A stretch of DNA of 62,000 nucleotides from the NCBI GenBank assembly GCA_951406725.2, contig OX597834.1, forward strand, positions 40,134,001-40,196,000, given 5' to 3'. A program made the translations under genes and the position numbers. This DNA comes from Octopus vulgaris. Taxonomy: Eukaryota. Below are positions 12,641 to 26,443 of the stretch, one piece after another. The stretch's first letter is position 1. Each line of letters begins with the position of its first letter. Under the pieces are notes generated by a model. It had not been told where the DNA came from and searched no databases. It saw only the letters and a program-made list of their open reading frames with translations.

Positions 12641-13849
12641 CATAAGCAAAGAGCGACGTTTTACATATTATATTGTGAAGGTTTAATAGAGAACAGAATC
12701 CCCATCCCTGCGCCTTCACCACCACCACCACAACTATTTCTGTCGTCCGTCCCCGCCAAGAACACATTATCTATCCCTCTATTACTTTCATTCGTGTTTG
12801 TTGATTGTTTGGTTGTTTGTGTGGTGATTTTTTTTTGTCTGTGTTTTGTTAATTTGTTTTGTTTTGTTATTTTTTTACTATTTTTTTTTTGTTTCTTCGA
12901 CAGAGAATGGAAAAGAAAAGCTGGGTGTTTCTTTACGTGAAGCAACAGTGAGATGGGATGTGTGTGGGGGAGGGGGGAGAGGGGGGAATAGAACCGATTG
13001 GGAAGAGAAAATGGAAACTGCTTTCTTCAGAATGGTAAATGCAAAGATTCTTGAGACAGAGAGAGAGAGAAAGAGTGAGAAGCAGTTATCTAAGGGAGAG
13101 TTATTAAAGGAGAGCTAAAAATTAGAAAGAGAGAAGGTGAGATGGGAGAGAGAAAGGAGAGATGGAGGACAAAGAGAGAGAGAGAAAGGCAGGAGAGAGA
13201 GACAAGAAGGAGAGAGAGAAAGGAGGGAAAGAATGAGAAAGGACAAAGAGAGAGGACAGAAAAAGTGGACAGAGAAAGAAAGGACAGAAAGAGAAGAGAG
13301 AGAGAGAGAGAGAGAATTAAAAACAGAGAGAGAGAGAGAATAAAGAACAGAGAGAGAGAGAGGATGGAGAGGAATAAAGGGAAGAGAAGAGAAAGGAAGA
13401 GGAGTGAACAGGGGAGAAGGACAGAAGGACAAAGGGGAGAGAGGGGGAAAGAAGGGGAGAGAGAAAGGAGAGAGAGAGAGAGAGATGAAGTAGTAAACCT
13501 ATGTCTAATAAAAGGAATCGCATATGCCAAGAGAATTGGTCAGCTTCAGTAAAAGATATTCGTGTGACTACGTAGTGACATTGTTTGTTTTGGACAGTTT
13601 AATGTCTTGTATAAAAGACGGTGATTTATGTCAGGCATGGCAACAGTCTTGTGTGGTTGTGTTTCCTGCTTTCTTCTTCGGAATGGAATCTTATGAAAAG
13701 GAATATGGAAGATCACCTTGAGTATTCCATTCTCTGCAATGCAAGATGATAAGACTATATCTAGGAAGAGACTTCTAGAACTACAAGTCTGAAGAAAAAT
13801 GTGGGCTGCAGAAGAGAGAAAAAAGGATTTGAGAAGATGCAGAGGTACT

Positions 13850-14128
13850 GTGTAAGGTGTTGGACTCATGATCGTAAGATTGCGGTTTCAATCCCTGGAC
13901 CAGGCAATGCATTGTATTCTTAAGCAAAACACTTCACTTCATATAGTTCCAGTTCATTTAGTTGTAGAAATGAGTACAACTAGTGGAGGCATGTTGCTTA
14001 GTCGTTAGGGTGTTGGATTCACAACTGTAAAATTGTGGTTTCAATCCCTGGACAGAGCAATCCGTTGTGTTCTTGTGCAAAACACTTCATTTCATGTTGC
14101 TCCAGTCCACTCAGCTGTAGAAATAAGT
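13850..14128 (+). mobile_element. Two tandem 5' halves of tRNA-headed SINE family E
   Basis: Both read ...ggtttcaatccctggac...ttgt.ttctt..gcaaaacacttca...ccagt.cact.ag.tgtagaaat. Confidence 0.7.
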
Positions 14129-14251
14129 TAAGCCTGGAAAGGGATCGGCTTTGCCAGGCTTTCTTACCATAGATATGCTGCATGGTTGCAGCACTCCAAT
14201 GCCCCACCCCCACACCCAAGGGGTTAAGGGACTTGTTAATTGTCAACAAAA

Positions 14252-14482
14252 GGCGGCGAGCTGGCAGAAACGTTAGCACACTGGGTGAAATGTTTTGCGG
14301 TATTTCGTCTGTCTTTATGTTCAGAGTTCAAACACTGCCGAGGTCGACTTATCCTTTCAGGATTGATTAAATAAGTACCAGTTATGCACTGGGGGAGGGG
14401 GTCGATGTAATTGACTTAAACCCTTTATTTGTCCTTGTTTGTCCCCTCTGTGTTTAGCCCCCTGTGGGCAATAAAGAAATAT
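14252..14482 (+). mobile_element. Full-length SINE family A with target-site duplication
   Basis: attgtcaaca(a/t)aa flanks both ends (14239 and 14483). Confidence 0.88.
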
Positions 14483-16844
14483 ATTGTCAACATAAGGTAC
14501 CACGCGGTGGGAGTGAACCAAAAACCTGGTGATTGCAAAAGCAAACGTCTTAACCATCAGTTGTATATTCCAACCAATAGCTGGATTTATTCCTTATACT
14601 CAAATCCTATTTAAATGTTTATGCCATCAATCTGAAACTTTTCAACCCACACAGCCAGCCACACACAGAGAAAGAAACACAGAATGAAACAGCACTCTTT
14701 GAAATGGTTGTTCTTCCATTTCACTAACTGGATCAGTTACACACAGATAATGAAGTGGAACCCCTCTTTCCATTCCACTTAATATAAAAAAAAAAAAAGG
14801 ACGAGGATGATCCCATTCAAATTCACAAGCTGTCTTCTTCGGTCCTTACATTCGAATGTTTATGAAATTAGACTTCAAACACTTTACACCTGCTAGGCAG
14901 AAGTCAATTAAGGTATCACAGCTCTTATTTGACGGAGCATGATTCCATGACTTCACTTAAGCAGTCCATTAGTTTCAATAAAACTTCTCCTTGATGTGTC
15001 GAATATTTGGTTTTATTAAAACCATGAATAACTGATGCTGCCGAAACAGTAACGAGCCCCGATGTTTAACTTCAAACCTGTACGGTGTCAATTCAATTAT
15101 GCACCTTTAACATATCATTCCTACCCACCCCAACTATTTACCTGCCCACCCACCTACCCCAGGTTAACCCGACTATGTGTCATTTTGAATGATTCATCCT
15201 TATTTATTCCGTAACATTTCAGCTCCCTCAATTCCACCATGTAATTGTATTATTTTATTTTATTTTATTTTATTTCTTCCCTTGCTAAATCACAATTACC
15301 TCCCTTCTAAGTAATCTCCTCTTCCCCTCCCCGCCCCTTCCAATTTCCTCCTCACCTCAGATTTAAATTAACCCTTTTGATACCAACTTGCCTGAGATCC
15401 CATCCCTGCTTCTATGAAAAAACATTTTTGTTTTAAAGAAATCTAAATTAAAAACTTCCATCAAAATTTGAACTTATGGTTCCAAATAATAGCATAATAA
15501 TCGTTTTAAATTTTGGCTTAAGGCCAGTAGAATTTTAGGGTAGGGAATAAATTGATTACATCAACCCCAGTACTCAACTGGTACAATTTTATAAACCCCA
15601 AAAGGATGAAAGGTAAAGTTGACATTGGTGGTATTTGAACTCAAAACAAAGCTGTGCCAACAGTCCTTCTGGCTTTATAACAATGATGTTATTCTATTAA
15701 ATTCTTCATTCTTTTACAAATCAACTGAAACAAAGGCCCTTTATTCCAACAAAAAAGTGGGGGAGCAAAAGGGTTAAATTGTAATTTTTCTTACATTTTT
15801 ATAATTACCATTATTATTTGTTTTAGTCACTGCATAGAAGAATTTTGGTAGAACACATCAACCCCAGGACTTATTTTCTTATTAAGCCTAGTAAGACCAA
15901 CACTGGTTGCTAAGCAGTAGCAGGGGACAAGCACAGGCAGAAGGATGCACACAGATGCAGACACACACATGACAGGCTTCATTCAGTTTCCATCTACAAA
16001 ATCCATTCACAAGGCTTTGGTCACCCAGATGCTGTATAGAAGAAGACCTTTGTGCAAAGAGCCACACAGCAGGACTGAACCTAGAATCATGTGATTGGGA
16101 AGCAATTACTATCCTTACTGATTGTAACCCAGCGGCTGCATATTCTAAACACTATTGTACCCTTGACATAACTTCTCAAGTAGGATCAGCGTCAGAGTGA
16201 CTAAGGGGTTGGCCCTTGAATAAGGACTACACCTCAGCTTGTTCTGGTGGTGGACTTTCTGAAATTCTGTCTGCTGGGGTTGAACATGAGATCTCGAGAT
16301 TGCACAGTGAACTTTTAAATATGCAGTCATACCTGAATCCATTCACACATACACACACATGTAAATACACACACATACATACATACACATATATGCATGT
16401 GCATATGTATATATACATACATACATGCATATGCTTGCACCCATATCTAAATACACACATACATATTTATACCTACACAAACATACACATATATAGATAC
16501 ACATACGCATATATATATATATATGTGCATGCATGCATATGCATGTGTGTGAGTGTGTATGCATATACACACACACATACATGCATAAATGTAGACACAC
16601 GTATACATATGTGCATGCATACACACACACACACACACACACATATACATGCATGCACACACACACACATATATTATAGACACATACACATACATGCAAA
16701 CAAGATAAAATGATAAAGGAAACCTGTAAAAAAAAATAATAAAACTACTGTAAAATATAACAAAACAAATAAGAAGTTTCATGAACAATTTTGAGTTATT
16801 TATCTTGTGAGTTCAAATCTATCGATTAGCATAACGTTTAGAAT

Positions 16845-17172
<328 letters not shown>

Positions 17173-17346
17173 GATGATGACGAAATAACAAAAATAATAT
17201 TCAAATGTCTAACATCGAATTTAAACGAATATTTTCTTCAACAGATATAAATTTTTTCCACTAGGATACATTTGTATTTATCTAAAGTAAATATATAACT
17301 TAAACACTATGTATATACACACACATACACCTCCATACATAATATC

Positions 17347-17377
<31 letters not shown>

Positions 17378-17430
17378 TATATAGACACAAATATATATAT
17401 ACACACACATACACCTCCATACATAATATC

Positions 17431-17461
<31 letters not shown>

Positions 17462-17579
17462 TATATAGACACAAATATATATATACACACACATACACCT
17501 CCATACATAACAGCATATATATATATACACACACACACACACATACAAACACACATATAGACATAAATATATATATCCA

Positions 17580-18390
17580 CATCATCATCATCATCATCAT
17601 CATCATTTAGCGTCCGTTTTCCATGCTAGCATGGGTTGGACGGTTCAACTGGGGTCTGGGGAGCCCGAAGGCTGCACCAGGCCAGTCAGATCTGGCAGTG
17701 TTTCTACAGCTGGATGCCCTTCCTAACGCCAACCACTCCGAGAGTGTAGTGGGTGATTTTATGTGCCACCGACACAGGTGCCAGACGAGGCTGGCGAACG
17801 GCCACGCTCGGATGGTGTTTTTATGTGCCACCGACACAGGTGCCAGACGAGGCTGGCAGACGGCCACGCTCGGATGGTGTTTTTATGTGCCACCGACACA
17901 GGTGCCAGACGAGGCTGGCAGACGGCCACGCTCGGATGGTGTTTTTATGTGCCACCGACACAGGTGCCAGATGAGGCTGGCGGACGGCCACGATCGGATG
18001 GTGTTTGTTACGTCCCCAAAGCACGGAGGCCAGTCTATGCGGTACTGGCTACGGCCACGTTCGGATGATTTTCTTGTGTGCCACCGGCACTGGTACCACA
18101 AAGATACAAATTCCATTTATGTTCATCTATTTTGATTTGATTTGATTTGATTTTCACTTGCCTCAACAGGTCTTCACAAGTGTCACAAGAAGGAAGGTAT
18201 GCACAGGTGGACTGTCTACGTCGCCGGGTCTTCGGATGGTGTCTTTATGTGCCACCGACACAGGTGCCAGATGTGGCTGGCGAACGGCCACGATCGGATG
18301 GTTTTCTTGTGTGCCACCGGTACTGGAACCACAAAGATACAAATTCCATTGATGTTCATCTATTTTGATTTGGTTTGATTTTGATTTTGA
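17580..18390 (-). mobile_element. RTE 3' UTR copy with an expanded 62-bp tandem array
   Basis: (GAT)n tail at 17580-17606. The unit atgtgccaccgacacaggtgccag... starts at 17761, 17823, 17885 and 17947, with further copies after 18070. Confidence 0.85.
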
Positions 18391-18577
18391 TTTTTTATAT
18401 ATATATATATATATACACACATACATATATATAGACACAAATATATATATATATTCACATTGATACATGCATATAAACATACACACGCATTCATAAACAT
18501 AATTATATATTTACATATATGTATAACATATATATATATAAAACACGTATGTGTATGTATGTATATATGTATGTATG

Positions 18578-18621
<44 letters not shown>

Positions 18622-19049
18622 TATACATACATATATATACACACATACATATACCAGCATGGTAAATAGACTTTAAATTATATATATATATATATATATA
18701 TACACGCACACACACACAAACACACAATCACAACATGAAGCAGATTCTAAGAAAATCTATGTCGAGAAGAATCTAAAAATATTCTTCAATGAAGCAAATG
18801 GAAAAGAGTTTAAAGTAGCGTCTTTTTTTTAATGTCGTCTGCCATTCTGATGGGGTTGATAATAATTCTGAGCAGTTTGGTTGTTTTGTCTTATTTTTTG
18901 ACGGGTTTGACGGGTGGTGGATTAAATGGACATGAACGACTTGTTTTTTATTTATAACTTTTCTGCTTCTTCCTATAATTACCCATCACCTCTTCACAAA
19001 TCAATGAGTTTATAGCATTTACAGCAAATATTATTATTCCTGTTATATG

Positions 19050-19083
<34 letters not shown>

Positions 19084-19142
19084 TGGTAAAAACGGTAAGA
19101 TAACAAAAGAAAGAAAGAGACCTCAATATTATGTAAATAGAG

Positions 19143-19196
<54 letters not shown>

Positions 19197-19411
19197 TTAC
19201 ACACACATACATACATAGTATAGACTTATATGGTATATATATATATGTAAATAGATACACACACACGCTATATGTATACATATGTATACACAGTATATAT
19301 GTACATACATACATAAACAGTATATGTATACATATGTATACACAGTATATTATACATACATACACACACAGTATTTGTATACATTTATATACACGGTATA
19401 CAATATACATA

Positions 19412-19450
<39 letters not shown>

Positions 19451-19549
19451 ATTGTATACTGTGTATATAAATGTATACAAATACTGTGTGTATGTATGTA
19501 TGTATAATATACTGTGTATGTATGTACATATATACTGTGTATACATATA

Positions 19550-19587
<38 letters not shown>

Positions 19588-20024
19588 TACTGTATATACA
19601 TGTGTATTATGTATATTTTATATATATATATATATGGCAAAACCTTTTGACCTCATCATAAAATTTTTCTGCATACGTGACTAAAAACTTTATGTAGATT
19701 TTACAGCATCAGTTTTTTAACATAACATACATACATATATATATATATATACACGCACTATACAGTACAGTACTGAAGTAGTTTTTATTTCACTATTAAA
19801 TAACATGCTTTTCATAACGTCATTTATCAAAGTCGATGCCCATGTCCATTGTGAATGATGTAGGAACCTGTTTATCCCCATGATGACTATGGTTAATTTT
19901 ATTGCAGACACCTATGATAAAATGCTTACTCAACCTACCTGCGATACCGTAGTAGATATTATGTTGCTGTATTATGCTTCAGAAAATCTCTTGTAATATA
20001 ATTCCATTCAGGAATGATTTAACA

Positions 20025-20758
20025 TAGTGGTTCCCAAATCTTTCCAGGGTGCCACACCCTTGGTGCCCTGGCAACATTCCTAGCTCTACACCCTTCCTAC
20101 TCACCACCACAAACACAGACCGTTTTCTGCAGCAAATTAAAAAAAAACAATATTTCACAAATAAAACTTAACCTAACTAACTTGTTATTTTGTTGTTTTT
20201 CACATCCATTAACCCCCTTTTGGTCATCCCACTATCTATTTCTTTACTACCTGCATGGGGCTAAACACAGAGAGGACAAACAAGGACAGACAAACGGATT
20301 AAGTCGATTACATCGACCCCAGTGCGCAACTGGTACTTAATTTATCGACCCCGAAAGGATGAAAGGCAAAGTCGACCTCAGCGGAATTTTAACTCAGAAC
20401 GTAATGGCCAACAAAATACCTATTTCTTTACTACCCACAAGGGGCTAAACACAGAGAGGACAAACAAGGACAGACAAACAGATTAAGTCAATTACATCAA
20501 CCCCAGTGCGTAACAGGTACTTAATTTATCGACCCCGAAAGGATGAAAGGCAAAGGCGACCTCGGTGGAATTTGAACTCAGAACGTAACAGCAGACAAAA
20601 TACAGCTACGCATTTCGCCCGGCGTGCTAACATTTCTGCCACCACGCTGCCTTTTGGTCATCCCATTATCACACCACTCTTCTTCAATGCCCACCGTTTT
20701 CATGGACCTTTGCACCACCACCACCAGGGGGCAGTACTGTCTACTTTGGGAAGCACTG
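20025..20758. mobile_element. hAT-type MITE interrupted by a SINE A dimer
   Basis: Termini tagtggttcccaaa and tttgggaagcactg. Flanks atttaaca / gtttaacc. Confidence 0.7.
20237..20651 (-). mobile_element. SINE family A with duplicated body inside a single target-site duplication
   Basis: ttttggtcatccca(c/t)tatc at 20218-20236 and 20652-20670. The body occurs twice, joined at aagaaata|ggtattt. Confidence 0.85.
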
Positions 20759-20760
20759 GT

Positions 20761-21027
20761 TTAACCCTTCAGCATTCAGATTACTCTATTATATGTCATG
20801 CATCTTTATTCATCCTCTTTTAAACTGATCGTTCACTATCTTGTATAAAGTGTCTTATATAAACAATCTTATACAAACATCCACTATCTTATATAAACAC
20901 TCAGTCTGATTATGTACAAAACGACATTGTAAGGTAAGGTAGCAGAAGCCAAACCTGGGCAGTTTGAACACAAAATGGTTCAAATATTCTAAACCAGATA
21001 TGGCTGGTTTAAGTGCTAAAGACTTAA
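20761..21027. mobile_element. piggyBac-like MITE; a second truncated copy starts at 21034
   Basis: TTAA-cccttcagcatt ... agtgctaaagac-TTAA. A TTAA target with CCC termini is the piggyBac signature. Confidence 0.6.
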
Positions 21028-21106
21028 AGAATATTAACCCTTTAACGTTTAGATTACTCTATCAAATTGTGAAGTATATTTGCCACTTATAAGTGGCAAA
21101 TATATG

Positions 21107-21297
21107 AAAATCCCTATGAAAATCCCTATTTCTTACAATTTTTTGACTGCTGTGTCACCATTTTTCAGTGTATTTCAACCAGAAAAATGTTCACTTAAAG
21201 AGAATAACAAGCTACAGCATGCAAAATTTTTACTTTTCAAAAATTCCAATTTTAAAGGGTCGAAACAAACCTGAGCAAGACCGGGAGATACTGCTAG
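21107..21297 (+). mobile_element. Non-autonomous Helitron, 3' part
   Basis: Matches 26260-26443 and ends in CTAG|T. Confidence 0.7.
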
Positions 21298-21301
21298 TAT
21301 G

Positions 21302-21338
<37 letters not shown>

Positions 21339-22403
21339 ATAAAGTAATGCTTATCATCACTTAAACATGGCTGAATATCTTATCTTTAAATAAACTACAA
21401 GAATGACAGATCTCATGAGCAGAGACATACATTTATTATATCCTGTGATAACTGACTGAGAGCAATTTTGGGATAATTGAACTAAATACTTTTGGATGAT
21501 TTGAAACTGAACATGGACCATTTCAGTTTGAAATTGTGAAATTTTACTTGTTAAAAACACTTATGTTCTTGCTAACAGTTGTAGGACAAAAATTTATTTT
21601 CAGAACTACCCTAAATATTCACACACAAGCACATAAGGAGCAGGGGAAAAAAGGTGGCATAAATAGAACTTGGATAAAATATGGTGTGGTTTTGAAGTTG
21701 GAAAATTTTGAACTGTTGCTCAGAATTTCAACTAATTCTTTTCAGCTTCAAAATATGTGTATGTGTGTGTGTGGGTGTGTGTATAAGAATGTGTGTGTGT
21801 GTGTGTGTGTGTGTGAGTGAACTGCAATGAGACAAAAAAAAATGATGATGATGCTGTTACATAATTTTGACAAGAATGGTTGAAGGCAAACTATTTCATT
21901 GATTAAATAAGAAATTAATTAGTTAATTACTGTATAGATTTACCTAAATTCATACACAGAAGCCAATGTATAGCAATGAAATGATTCCTCAAGCTATTTG
22001 TAATGATCGTCTCCTATGCAATACTAAAGAATACTACTTATTAATTAGCTATGCATAGGTCACTTTTACTAAATTAAAAGCAATTAATGAAGTCTACACT
22101 ATCAAGAAAATTTATCAATTCCAATTTTAATATATTTTTATCAAAATATGCTTTTCTACTTTCTTGTATTATTAAAGATTTCAATTACATGCTTCAATCA
22201 GAAATTTTTATTCTCTTTCTCTCTTTTACTTGTTTCAGTCATTTGACTGCAGCCATGCTGGAGCACCGCCTTTTAGTCGAGCAAATCGACCCCGGGACTT
22301 ATTCTTTGTAAGCCCAGTACTTATTCTATCGGTCTCTTTTGCCGAACCGCTAAGTGTTTTAAAACTTAATGTTTGTATCCATTTTCTTCTACTGATTCCC
22401 TGC

Positions 22404-22446
<43 letters not shown>

Positions 22447-23089
22447 CATCTTTTCTTTGCTTACAGCCTTTATTTCTATTTGCCTTTATTTTTTTTTTTC
22501 ATCTTTGTAACTTTTTCTCTATCATTTTTATCCTCATCTTATTTTCTTTCAAGGTCTTTGACACTTCAGACTTTGTCCCTCCTTTTTCTCACAACATTCA
22601 TTTGTCACCCTTCCCCTGTTATTTCATTTCATAATTTTCGTCTTTCCCCAGCACACTGTTACTCTCATTCTCTTTCCTTGCAGCACACACACACACACAC
22701 ACACACTTTCTCTCTCTCTCTCTTGCATGCTTTCCACAAAAACAAAAAAAATTGATTACATAGTTTTTCTTTGAGATACTTCAGGAATATTTGAGAAAAC
22801 GTTTACTCTTATATACAAGGGCAGGCATGGCAGTGTGGCAAAGAAGTTTGCTTCCCAACCTCATGGTCCCGGGTTCAATCTCACAGAGTGGAACCTTGGG
22901 CAAGAGTCTTCTAATATAGCCTCAGGCCAACTAAAGCCTTGTGAATGAATTTGCTTAACAACCAGTATAGGTGTATTTATGTCCCTGTAACTTAGCTGTT
23001 TGGTTGCTGGCAGAAACTCCACCCTCCAGGTGTTTCTGTCAGGCTTGCCTGTATGAAACTGCTGTGGAGTACATAACTGCGAATATATA

Positions 23090-23629
23090 TCGAAATCAAA
23101 ATCAAAGTGAAATTCGATGACAAGCATGAGCACCATACGAGCGTGATTGTTGACAGAGCGGCTAACCAGCTTCGGTGCCAGTGGCACATAAAAGGCACCA
23201 TTCGAGTGTGATCGTTACCAGCGTTGCCTTACTGGCACTTGTGCCCCATGCTAGTAGCACCATCCAAGTGCAATCGTTGCCAGAGTGGCTAACTGCCTTC
23301 CGTACCGGTGGCATGTAAGAAGCACCATTTGAGCAGGATCATTACCAGCATTGCCTTACTGGCACCTGTGCCATTGGCATGTGTTAAAAGATTCACATGA
23401 GGTCGTTGCCAGTACCGCCTGACTGGCCCCCGTGCCAGTGGTACGTAAAAGCACCCACTACACTCTCGGAGTGGTTGGCATTAGGAAGGGCATCCAGCTG
23501 TAGAAACTCTGCCAGATCAAGACTGGAGCCTGTTGCAGCCATCTGGTTCGCCAGCCCTTTCCATGGGTTGGGCGGTTTGACTGAGTGCTGGCGAACCAGA
23601 TGGCTGCACCAGGCTCCAATCTTGATCTG

Positions 23630-23630
<1 letters not shown>
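23090..23630 (+). mobile_element. RTE 3' UTR copy fused to an inverted second 3' end
   Basis: Repeated ggtggcacgtaaaagcacc-type units, then the family C core, then its reverse complement at 23587-23630. Confidence 0.8.
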
Positions 23631-23686
<56 letters not shown>

Positions 23687-24237
23687 TATATATAGGAGTA
23701 AAGGTAAGGACAAGTAAGTTAGGTGAGTCAGTACACAAAAGTCAATATACAAACATGGCATACCCTACAAACATACCCTAGCAGAAACAACAGCTGGAGG
23801 GTGGAGTTTGTCAGCAATAAAATTACGCAAGAACATTATCTTCGATTTTGAGTTTGATTGCTATTATAATCCATGATGAAAGTGCCGACCAATTGATTAG
23901 TGAATCTCCTTGGATTTACACTTTGTATGGAATGCCCTGTAGATTTCACCTCTATGGATTCATATCCTCTTCACTTGACATTTTCTTAACCAAATATTCA
24001 TACATGAAATGCTGACTGAGGAATTTGCCTAGATTCCTTGAATCTCTACATTCTATCACTCTCGCTTGTTCACTCATCCACCCATTCACTCATTCATATA
24101 TATATCATCATCATTTAACATTGGCCTTTAACGATGATGATTATAAATAATACATACAAATATATATATATATATATGAATGAATGAACAAGAGTGATAG
24201 ATAGTAGAGATTGAAGAAATCTCTATATATATATCTA

Positions 24238-24305
<68 letters not shown>

Positions 24306-24462
24306 GGCATTATTAACAAGAATGGAGAATTATACATCTTTAAAACTAATTTATTACAGAATTATTGACATTAAATTGATATTTGATTTCAGTCCAACAC
24401 GTGTTTCTGCTACATAAGTGTCCTAATGCCCTTTGATTCAGCATTTCCATATTCATTTACAT

Positions 24463-24511
<49 letters not shown>

Positions 24512-25299
24512 GTATATATATACTCACACACACACACACACCTGTATATATGTATATATATCTATGTGTGTGTGTGTATACTTTAAGTTCGTTCACAGGA
24601 AATGCTTTGAATATGTAAAAATCCACTCATAAGGCATTGGTTGGCCTGAGGCTATAGTATAATGGTTTTGCTATGGAATCGTGAAACTATTTTTTGTTTT
24701 CTGAAGAAGCAATGTTTTAGACTTACAACACTTTTGCATAATAGCAACAACATATATATGGCCGTGTGGTAAGAAACCTGCTTCCCAACTACCCGGTTCT
24801 GTGTTCAATCCCACAGTACAGCACCTTGGGCAAACCAAAGCCTTATGAGTGGATTTGGGAGACGGAAACTGAAAGAAGACCATCATATATATTATATATA
24901 TCAAGATTAATCAGCCGAAATTGCGAAGATGATCCAGTTCTTGACTGATGATTGAAGGCTTCGAATGTCCTGTCCGTGATTTTTTGTGTCGTCTTCTAAA
25001 TGTTTCACGTTCTTGTCCCAGTTTGTATATTTTTTTACTTTTACATATATATATATATATGTATGTGTATATATGTATATATGTATATATATATACATAT
25101 ATATATATATAAGTTCAGTAAAATTTAGATTCAGTTGAATATGGTACTTAAGTTAAAGGCACCAGAAATTAGTATGGTATTATCCATATAATTCAAAATG
25201 GGGTAATATTTGCATTGTTCAATTAAATGGAGTCACATGAAACGATCGTACTGCATTACCTTTGGATATCCTTGTTGCTTATTTTGATTATATATATAT

Positions 25300-25394
25300 A
25301 GCCCCGGGCTGACCAAAGCCTTGTGAGTGGATTTGGTAGATGGAAACTGAAAGAAGCACATCGTATATATGTATGTATATATATACATGTGTGC

Positions 25395-25469
<75 letters not shown>

Positions 25470-25670
25470 TGTGTCTGTGTTTGTCGCCCCAACATCGCTT
25501 GACAACCGATACTGGTGTGTTTACATCCCCGTAACTTAGCAGTTTGGCAAAAGAGACCGATAGAATAAGTCCTCGGCTTACAAAGAATAAGTCCCGGGGT
25601 CGATTTGCTCAACTAAAGGCGGTGCTCCAGCATGGCCGCAGTCAAATGACTGAAACAAGTAAAAGTGTGA
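25300..25670 (+). mobile_element. SINE family B, 5'-truncated, long internal (TG)n
   Basis: Body and tail match 11180-11590. Confidence 0.85.
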
Positions 25671-26058
25671 ACGAGTGGAACGAAGACAATGACGATGGCT
25701 GTCTTACCCTCACGTACAAAAGCTTGTTGTTGCTACTGTTGTTGATGTCATCTACTGGCATATAATTTAGGTCCATCAAGTAGTTTGTTTACTAACTACT
25801 TCTAAATGTCGATACTTTCTCCACTCGTCCTCTCTCCCCCTCCATCCCTTCCATTGTCCTCTCCGGAATATTAATATTTCACACACACACACACACACAA
25901 CAAAAAGACTGATTATTCTGTAGCAAATGAAATTATGATATTGAAATGTCACCCACTTGGTTCTTGCAGAAATGTTTACTAGTGAGGTGAAAGTAATTTT
26001 CACAACACGGTTTCCACATAAACAAGATGGCCCAGTCATAGCCAGAGAGCCCTTATAA

Positions 26059-26443
26059 TCTCTCTCTATATAAAGCTGAAGTTGTCTGTGTATGGCAGGT
26101 TTGGTAGCCTTCAACTAACACTATCTCCTCCGAGACCCTGCGGTGCAAGTTGACCAAAATTGAGAGTATGATAGAAGAAGGATTGCTCTTCTTTCCGTAG
26201 AAGAAAAAATTCAAATCGAACCATGTTAACACCAAAAATTATTTGGATCAAAAAGGTGCTTTTTTTTCTATGAAAATCCCGATTTTTTACGATTTTTTAA
26301 CCGCTGTATCGCCATTTTTTTGGTGTATTTCAACCAGAAAAATGTTCACTTAAAGAGCTACATAATGCAACATTTTTACTTTTCAAAAATTCCAATTTTA
26401 AAGGGTCGAAACAAACCCAGGCAACGCCGGGCGATACTGCTAG
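26059..26443 (+). mobile_element. Non-autonomous Helitron
   Basis: A|TC 5' end (tctctctctatataaag), subterminal hairpin cccaggcaacgccggg at 26416-26431, CTAG|T 3' end, no target-site duplication. Confidence 0.8.

Noticed and set aside
15032-15047. ctgatgctgccgaaac
   Set aside because: Lacks A9 and stems I and II; probably chance.
17761-18010. CRISPR-like appearance of the 62-bp array (and of the 50-bp array at 41801)
   Set aside because: No unique spacers, no cas genes and a eukaryotic repeat context. These are tandem repeats.
24945-24970. CTGATGA...GAAT (CTGAAGA in the copy near 50460)
   Set aside because: No GAAA, a weak stem II and no stem I pairing.
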